In this document: positions 53,317 through 58,305 of the stretch, in pieces
Numbering within the stretch: the first letter of the stretch is position 1
Layout: every line of letters begins with the position of its first letter
IMG/VR virus record: IMGVR_UViG_3300025597_000015
Span: 1-58,305 of that record
Length of the DNA stretch: 58,305 nucleotides
Origin: a virus
Direction: 5' to 3' (one strand)
Translations under genes and position numbers: made by a program
The notes under the pieces: generated by a model
What the model saw: the letters and a program-made list of their open reading frames with translations, nothing else
Databases searched by the model: none
What the model was told of the DNA's origin: nothing

Positions 53317-53708
53317 TAAAACACTCCCTTTTTACATTTAGATTCATAATAATATCCCACATAAGACTTTTTAACTGGTCTTTTTTCAATCCATGCATCG
53401 ATTTTTTCAGATAAAGGTATTTGTTTTTCAATCATTTTAATCTTATAAGGTTTATATGCCATACAACTTGTTAAACAACACGGATTTTTTGTATGTGGAC
53501 ATATTTTTAAACGGTTCTCTTTATATTTTTCATTTTCTTCTTTTTTAAGTTTTGTTTCCCATTTTTCAAATATTTCACCATTATCAACAATTGGATTTAA
53601 AAATCCATTGCATAAAATATCCGTGTCGTGATCAACAGTATTTTTAATTCCAAATAGATTATAAAACCATCCCATTTTAACCACCAATTTCGATATGCGC
53701 AATTTCAA
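53316..53708 (-). CDS. hypothetical protein
   Basis: 130-aa ORF. Confidence 0.55.
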   Translation of the reverse strand: MKLRISKLVVKMGWFYNLFGIKNTVDHDTDILCNGFLNPIVDNGEIFEKWETKLKKEENEKYKENRLKICPHTKNPCCLTSCMAYKPYKIKMIEKQIPLSEKIDAWIEKRPVKKSYVGYYYESKCKKGVF

Positions 53709-53988
53709 TCCATTTTATTGTTTCATAATCCCAATCATCTTTATGACTTGTAAATTTAGAATAGTAATATTTACCTTTATCCATTTTAATAAAAATATAA
53801 TCATTTACGAAATTACCACTCTTTTTAGAATATACAACATAATTTTTTCTACTTGTTACCGTGTAATCTTTATCATCAAATTGATATGGTTTAACTGCAT
53901 GAATTTTTACAAGCATATCAATCATCCTCATAAGGAATTGAGTATTCGTGTTTAAAATTACAGGGATAAATACCGCATTTAAATTCAT
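53677..53988 (-). CDS. hypothetical protein
   Basis: 103-aa ORF. Confidence 0.5.
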   Translation of the reverse strand: MNLNAVFIPVILNTNTQFLMRMIDMLVKIHAVKPYQFDDKDYTVTSRKNYVVYSKKSGNFVNDYIFIKMDKGKYYYSKFTSHKDDWDYETIKWIEIAHIEIGG

Positions 53989-54103
53989 TCATATGCTCTT
54001 TAACCATATCAATATCTAGTGCTTCATTATCTACATAAATATGAATACATGGTCTATTAAATGAACACGAACGGCATTTAAAAACATGTTGAACTAAAGC
54101 CAT
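53918..54103 (-). CDS. small Cys-rich protein
   Basis: 61-aa ORF. Confidence 0.45.
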   Translation of the reverse strand: MALVQHVFKCRSCSFNRPCIHIYVDNEALDIDMVKEHMNEFKCGIYPCNFKHEYSIPYEDD

Positions 54104-54777
54104 ATTCCACTCCGTTTAAGACGATTTTGATCTTGTTTAAGCATTTCATAGATAATAAATCCAGTAAATTGAGGATCATAACACGCCATACAATAAGCAC
54201 AATGACCCGTGCAATTTGGCTCCATTTTATTTTTTAAAAACCACTCATAAGAGCAGACATTAAACACACCGTCAAAGTCACGCGGCACTTCATTTAATGG
54301 TTCATCGATAAGCGCATTTGAAAATATTTTTTTAATATAAGTTCTATCAATCGCATTGCTTAATGCTGCTTTTTTCGTCCAAATAGTAATTGGAAAATTC
54401 GCACTAATGCTTTTAACCTTCATTGCAATAAGGTTCAAATTATCGCAGTGTGTTTCATTGATCAACTCTCCAATAGAATCAAATCGCAGTCCTTTTGCAT
54501 GTTTAAGAATATATTCTGCTATTTCTGAAATTTCTGATTCATCCAAAACACGCGATGATAGTGTGATATAATTTTCTTCTAACGTGTTTTTTAAGCGTGG
54601 ATACTGTTGTTCCATATACCGAGCATAACATTTGGAACAAATCGTTGATGAATTACGCATTGATTGACAAAATGGATTCATATCAACAGATACGTTAATG
54701 CTCAAAAAGCCACCCATTTTAAGAGCAGGTTTGTGCTCTGTTAAATTAATGTTGCCAATTTTAACCAATTGGATCAC
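54094..54777 (-). CDS. hypothetical Cys-rich protein
   Basis: 227 aa; CQSMRNSSTICSKC and CTGHCAYCMAC clusters. Confidence 0.6.
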   Translation of the reverse strand: MIQLVKIGNINLTEHKPALKMGGFLSINVSVDMNPFCQSMRNSSTICSKCYARYMEQQYPRLKNTLEENYITLSSRVLDESEISEIAEYILKHAKGLRFDSIGELINETHCDNLNLIAMKVKSISANFPITIWTKKAALSNAIDRTYIKKIFSNALIDEPLNEVPRDFDGVFNVCSYEWFLKNKMEPNCTGHCAYCMACYDPQFTGFIIYEMLKQDQNRLKRSGIWL

Positions 54778-55022
54778 CTTACAATAATTTGATACATATT
54801 ATTATCAATCATAGCATAAATTAACCATTTTTTGCCTCTACACACTCTATAAAAGAATGGTGCTATAGATGGATCATCAAAATCAAACCATTGAGTTGTA
54901 ATTTCTTTTAAAGTATATCGTTTAAATGGTTCGTCCTCATCTGTTATTATAAAATCTATTAGTTTTGTATTTTTATACAAATTATATTTCATTTCAATCA
55001 TCCTCTGAATGAACAAATTCAT
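54774..55022 (-). CDS. hypothetical protein
   Basis: 82-aa ORF. Confidence 0.55.
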   Translation of the reverse strand: MNLFIQRMIEMKYNLYKNTKLIDFIITDEDEPFKRYTLKEITTQWFDFDDPSIAPFFYRVCRGKKWLIYAMIDNNMYQIIVR

Positions 55023-55257
55023 GACATTCTTTACATAATGGAATTGTTCGCTGTAGTTCTCTTAAAACAGCATTCCACGAAAATGTTTTTCTTAAAAAGT
55101 CATGCATACTTAAACCATCCTCAATTCTATGAAATGTTATTGGTGAATCGTTAGAATTATAACGACCACATATAACACAATATTGTTTACATTTATATTC
55201 TTTATATTTTTCACGAATCTTTATTCTTTTTTCTTTTTTCAACATTTTACTTCTCAC
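54994..55257 (-). CDS. HNH endonuclease (small)
   Basis: CVICG...TFHRIEDG...CKECHEFVH. Confidence 0.65.
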   Translation of the reverse strand: MRSKMLKKEKRIKIREKYKEYKCKQYCVICGRYNSNDSPITFHRIEDGLSMHDFLRKTFSWNAVLRELQRTIPLCKECHEFVHSEDD

Positions 55258-55415
55258 ATTAATAAAATTTTTCCATCTTCTTTGTTAATCATTTGTCTTA
55301 ATTCACACATTTTACCTTTAACAAATGGACATTTTTCGCAGTCAATTCCCATTTGAAAAAATTTACAGTTTCCATTTTTTGAAAAAGCCTTTTTAAGAAT
55401 TTTAATGTCTAACAT
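55254..55415 (-). CDS. Cys-rich small protein (53 aa), family-related
   Basis: ATG at 55415 after GAGGT; ILKKAFSKNGNCKFFQMGIDCEKCPFVKGKMC resembles the N-half of the paralogue family. Confidence 0.45.
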   Translation of the reverse strand: MLDIKILKKAFSKNGNCKFFQMGIDCEKCPFVKGKMCELRQMINKEDGKILLM

Positions 55416-55806
55416 CGCATTTAACCTCATAATGAATACCATTGTCCTTACACGCACATGAATCAGAATACATAAATGGATACATTTGAGAACCGATATT
55501 AAAATCAGTCCAATTATTTTCATATGTCAAAGGCTGTCCACATTGTGTTATTTTACAATTTGGATTGATTTTAAAACACTCATCAAAAAATGCACCATAA
55601 ACATGCCAACATGCCGCATTAATATGCCTGCCCGATGGCGAAATTCGAGAACCTTTTTTACGAATATCACTGACCTTTAATGTAACGATAATTTTGTTTT
55701 TGTCAGAATCAAATCTTTTAAAAAGAATATTGTTATCAAAAAATCTGTTAGTGTTATGTAATGCTGTTGCTACATCCTGTTCAGTTAAACCTCTAATGTA
55801 AACCAT
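55402..55806 (-). CDS. hypothetical protein
   Basis: 134-aa ORF. Confidence 0.55.
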   Translation of the reverse strand: MVYIRGLTEQDVATALHNTNRFFDNNILFKRFDSDKNKIIVTLKVSDIRKKGSRISPSGRHINAACWHVYGAFFDECFKINPNCKITQCGQPLTYENNWTDFNIGSQMYPFMYSDSCACKDNGIHYEVKCDVRH

Positions 55807-55807
55807 T

Positions 55808-55963
55808 TTAGATCACCATTGGAACCTCAATATTCATTCCGTGCGTTTTAAAGCATTCAGATACAAGTGATTTAACAGGAATTTTCGTTCCTATTACAGT
55901 CATAAAGTCCGCGCCTTTAATATACCCGATATGGGTTTTTCCTTCAATGTCTTTAACGATCAT
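55808..55963 (-). CDS. small hypothetical protein (51 aa)
   Basis: ATG at 55963 after AGGAG; the track's N-terminal extension runs through a structured leader. Confidence 0.5.
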   Translation of the reverse strand: MIVKDIEGKTHIGYIKGADFMTVIGTKIPVKSLVSECFKTHGMNIEVPMVI

Positions 55964-55989
55964 GTTCTTAACTCCTGAAATTTGTAAGA

Positions 55990-56017
55990 GTATTACCCGG
56001 TTTGACCCGGATAATAC
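55990..56017 (-). promoter_or_regulatory. 10-bp interrupted hairpin in the leader (GTATTACCCGG / CCCGGATAATAC)
   Basis: Read directly; lies 27-54 nt upstream of the ATG at 55963. Confidence 0.4.
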
Positions 56018-56026
56018 CCAAGAGGG

Positions 56027-56051
56027 TAACGTGCATATTTTTAACGTGCAT
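56027..56051. repeat. direct repeat TAACGTGCAT, two copies (56027-56036, 56042-56051)
   Basis: Exact 10-mers 5 nt apart in an intergenic region. Confidence 0.6.
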
Positions 56052-56129
56052 CCATATCGGGACACACCAAGAATTTTAAATGGATTTGAACCATTTAGAA
56101 CCCGCACTTAAAATGGTCACTTTATGCTC

Positions 56130-56161
56130 TATTAGAAACAATTTGTTTATTTTAGAAACAA
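56130..56161 (-). promoter_or_regulatory. TTGTTTCTAATA motif, copy 3 (56130-56141), plus the variant TTGTTTCTAAA (56151-56161)
   Basis: Exact 12-mer and a near copy in tandem, upstream of the gene block that starts at 55963. Confidence 0.45.
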
Positions 56162-56215
56162 TGCACCAATTTTATGCATAACTATACATTTTGAAATTGA
56201 AAGTACTTTAAAATG

Positions 56216-56410
56216 CTATTTTGTATTTAAAAATACTTCTACCCAGTCGGGATCTTCGCTGATCAATTTTGCAGTTTTTTCCATTTCGGCATGAATAACC
56301 TTTAATCGTACCATTAAAACATCCTCTTCTCTTGACAATTCCCTGAAAGTTTTAATCATTAATTCAGTCTCACACATTTTAATCAATTTCCAATCTTGCA
56401 AGTTCATCAA
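56216..56410 (-). CDS. hypothetical protein
   Basis: 64-aa ORF; start is uncertain (56407 or 56377). Confidence 0.5.
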   Translation of the reverse strand: MMNLQDWKLIKMCETELMIKTFRELSREEDVLMVRLKVIHAEMEKTAKLISEDPDWVEVFLNTK

Positions 56411-56609
56411 TTAACTCATGTGTTTGACATAATACACAATGAAACCCATTAATAGATTTTTCTTTATACATTATACAATTGCCTTTTGCGCAGTAGTTTT
56501 CGCCGTTATCAAGTTCTTTTTTACCTTTATATGTAAGGTAGTTTTTGCATTTATGTTCATTATACAGTTCTTTAAATTCCCATTTTAATTCAGTAAAATT
56601 TTTAGCCAT
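56379..56609 (-). CDS. small Cys-rich protein
   Basis: 76 aa; GGTGA SD. Confidence 0.55.
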   Translation of the reverse strand: MAKNFTELKWEFKELYNEHKCKNYLTYKGKKELDNGENYCAKGNCIMYKEKSINGFHCVLCQTHELIDELARLEID

Positions 56610-56622
56610 TTAGATCACCCAT

Positions 56623-56775
56623 TTAAGCATAGATTACTTTTTCATCCATGACACTTTCATAATCCTCAAGTGTACAATTATAGACGTTTATAAAGTCCTT
56701 TGAATCATGTTCATTTACGAGTCCATACACTATAAGACCTACAATTTCGCGTTCTATGAGTTCTTTGATTTCCAT
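56623..56775 (-). CDS. small hypothetical protein (50 aa), first gene of the minus-strand arm
   Basis: ATG after AAGAGGGA; stop lies 13 nt before the next ATG; shorter than the track cut-off. Confidence 0.45.
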   Translation of the reverse strand: MEIKELIEREIVGLIVYGLVNEHDSKDFINVYNCTLEDYESVMDEKVIYA

Positions 56776-56789
56776 TTTGTTCCCTCTTT

Positions 56790-57700
56790 TGCCTTTTACG
56801 GCATGAATCCTTTTTCGTTTGACCGAAAAAGAATCCGATTAACACCCGTCCGCCGGTTATACTGTGGTTAAGTCATAACCGGAACTTTTGGGTTTTTTCG
56901 TTTGGTCAACATTAACTGCGATAGATGAATCTATCCTGCATGCTCGTTTTTGATCTATTCAGTCCTAGAAATTTAGAACCTTATTGATCGTGAGCACTAT
57001 GTATCCTTCCTTCCGGAAAGAAGATTTAGTAAGAACCTTCCGGCTCTAGTCTGTCATCGTTGTAAGTATTTTCCCGAAAAACTATTTTCCGTTCTGTGGT
57101 TACTTCCGGAATTTACCTCACCATTATACAGTGGTATTTATTTGGGTTCATTTCGCATTTTATTGAGTCATTACGGATTATCTCTAACGACAGGTTATCC
57201 TGTCGAATAGCCTTATCCCGCTCGTCCTTGCGATTTTACTTCACAATTTTTGCAACTGTATAATTGTGTGTTATTCGCCGGATCTAGCCAGCATGAGTTT
57301 TCGATCCTTTTAATCTATACGGATAACCGTATGTCTCTGATTAAGGGATCTCCAGACTTTTGTAATCCGGGGATTGCTTACTAGCCTATACAGGGATTAA
57401 CATCAATCCTTTGTCCTATCCGTGTAACCCGGTTGATTAGGTATTGATGTATTACCGTTCCAGTCTTTTTGGGGTGTGTGCTCACCGTGGTCAACCCCAA
57501 GTCATGACGAAATTAACCTATCCGGGTATCCCGGTAGAGTTTCCGCTGACTTGATGAGCATTGCACTATTGCACATCTGCGGCTGGCTCGTCTCATATCG
57601 CACACCTGACTATGAGGATTTTACTGCGATACTCACCGACTCGATATACTATAGTTTTACTCACTTCTATATAAACCTGTCGAAATTGTATCAAAAAATC
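56790..57700. ncRNA. candidate large structured RNA or long structured leader (G+C-enriched, ORF-free, hairpin-dense island)
   Basis: No credible ORF. Hand count gives 31/60 G+C at 57481-57540, against 7/60 at 46261-46320. Perfect helices at 56810-56831, 56853-56882, 57188-57205, 57316-57333 and 57522-57534. The strand is not determined. Confidence 0.4.
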
Positions 57701-57909
57701 TAGTAAATTTACTTGTCTTAACTAAAATAAAGTTTCATTAAGTGGAAATAACATCAAATTAGACTCTATTTCCAAAAAGGAGACCAGCGCGTGAAGATTT
57801 TTCTTTGGTCTCAATAATTAGATTGATGTTGCCGCCCGGCTTGCAAATTTGGTATATGTACTATACTAAGTACTTAGTATATGGATTAACACGGACATGA
57901 TAACATCAA
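57399..57909. repeat. AACATCAA / TTGATGTT iteron-like motif cluster
   Basis: Exact 8-mers at 57399-57406, 57750-57757 and 57902-57909 (plus orientation) and 57823-57830 (inverted); a 7/8 copy at 57444-57450. Confidence 0.55.
57862..57881. repeat. 20-nt perfect palindrome TATACTAAGTACTTAGTATA
   Basis: Read directly. Confidence 0.85.
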
Positions 57910-58036
57910 CAGCAATGCCATTTCCCTTCATTCTGTAGCCCGATCTCACAATAATTGGTATTATCCCATGTGCCAAGCGCAAAGCGCGACAAAAAGAGTA
58001 TGTATAATAATAGTAAATAAAAATAAATTAAGAGTA

Positions 58037-58146
58037 TTTTCTTCTTTTTTCTTTGCTACTTTCTTTTTTCTTCTTTTAGAATTCAAATTAGATTCTAATT
58101 TAAAATTAAACGTTAGTTTTTCTTTCTTTGCTTCTTTCTTTCTTTT
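58037..58146. repeat. two polypyrimidine (T/C) tracts flanking a 6-bp inverted repeat
   Basis: 58037-58077 and 58117-58146 are almost pure T/C on the plus strand; TAGAAT/ATTCTA lies at 58077-58097. Confidence 0.7.
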
Positions 58147-58178
58147 ATTACATATATATAATTATAATATATTATAAT

Positions 58179-58305
58179 ATTATATAATAATATATAGAAA
58201 AACAAGTAAACTTTAATAAAAACAAGTAAAAATAAGTAAATATGGGTATCATCAAATCAGTATTTTAAAAAAATAAAAATTAGAAATACTGATTATCGAC
58301 CTTGA
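58179..58305. repeat. exact terminal overlap, copy 2 (identical to 1..127)
   Basis: See copy 1. Confidence 0.95.

Noticed and set aside
55964-56107. The N-terminal 48 codons of track ORF 55808..56107.
   Set aside because: The extension runs through the hairpin and direct repeats of the leader and has an odd composition. A strong AGGAG precedes the internal ATG at 55963.
57546-57559. CTGACTTGATGAGC, which resembles the CUGAUGA core of a hammerhead ribozyme.
   Set aside because: The core is interrupted (CUUGAUGAG). I could not find the matching GAAA element or a three-stem arrangement with a cleavage site. It is probably a chance match.
57476-58177. ORFs 57476..57703 and 57968..58177 in the non-coding arm.
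   Set aside because: They have no SD. The first runs through stacked hairpins in the G+C island. The second is a translation of polypyrimidine tracts (F/S/L-rich low complexity).
1-58305. A CRISPR array or solitary CRISPR repeats.
   Set aside because: The repeated elements found (8- to 17-mers) are irregularly spaced, differ in orientation and have no repeat-spacer periodicity.

Overview
The window is a complete, circularly closing genome of an AT-rich tailed dsDNA virus. Bases 1-127 are identical to 58179-58305, so the unit length is 58,178 bp. Gene order looks like a siphovirus-type Caudoviricetes, and Shine-Dalgarno sites of the AGGTGAT type are common.

The plus-strand arm (1074-23522) encodes small and large terminase, portal, a protease/scaffold fusion, a decoration protein, an HK97-order major capsid, connectors, tail tube, a chaperone pair needing a +1/-2 frameshift, tape measure, tail tip, a long fibre/receptor module with two LamG paralogues, and a holin-like protein.

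The minus-strand arm (56775 down to 23519) starts with many tiny early genes. It then encodes:
- an AAA+ (MoxR/CobS-like) ATPase
- two arrays of Cys-rich paralogues
- a SprT-like protease
- a fusion of a tRNA-binding domain with an Rnl2-like RNA ligase
- three HNH endonucleases
- a P-loop kinase and a MazG-like protein
- a tRNA cluster: Leu-UAA, an aberrant tRNA-like gene, Ile-UAU and Thr-UGU
- a recombination and replication set: Sak4-like ATPase, Cas4-like nuclease, PolB, prim-pol and an MCM-like ATPase
- an ERCC4 nuclease
- a ThyA-like enzyme and two DNA methyltransferases
- a SLOG/YpsA-like protein
- a class II ribonucleotide reductase, split exactly at its TNP|CGE active site by a 273-nt ORF-less group I intron; the P, Q, R and S elements and the P1/P10 guide pairings are all readable

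The most unusual region is the ~2.5 kb ORF-free arm joining the two operons across the circle (56776-58178 plus 1-1073). It holds a ~0.9 kb island (56790-57700) that is G+C-enriched and dense in hairpins. I read this as a candidate large structured RNA or a long structured leader. Iteron-like motifs, perfect palindromes and polypyrimidine tracts lie beside it.

No integrase, CRISPR array or recognisable lysin was found. The host domain is ambiguous: the replication genes have an archaeo-eukaryotic flavour, but a group I intron is typical of bacteria and phages. All coordinates and folds were worked out by hand, with no database search.
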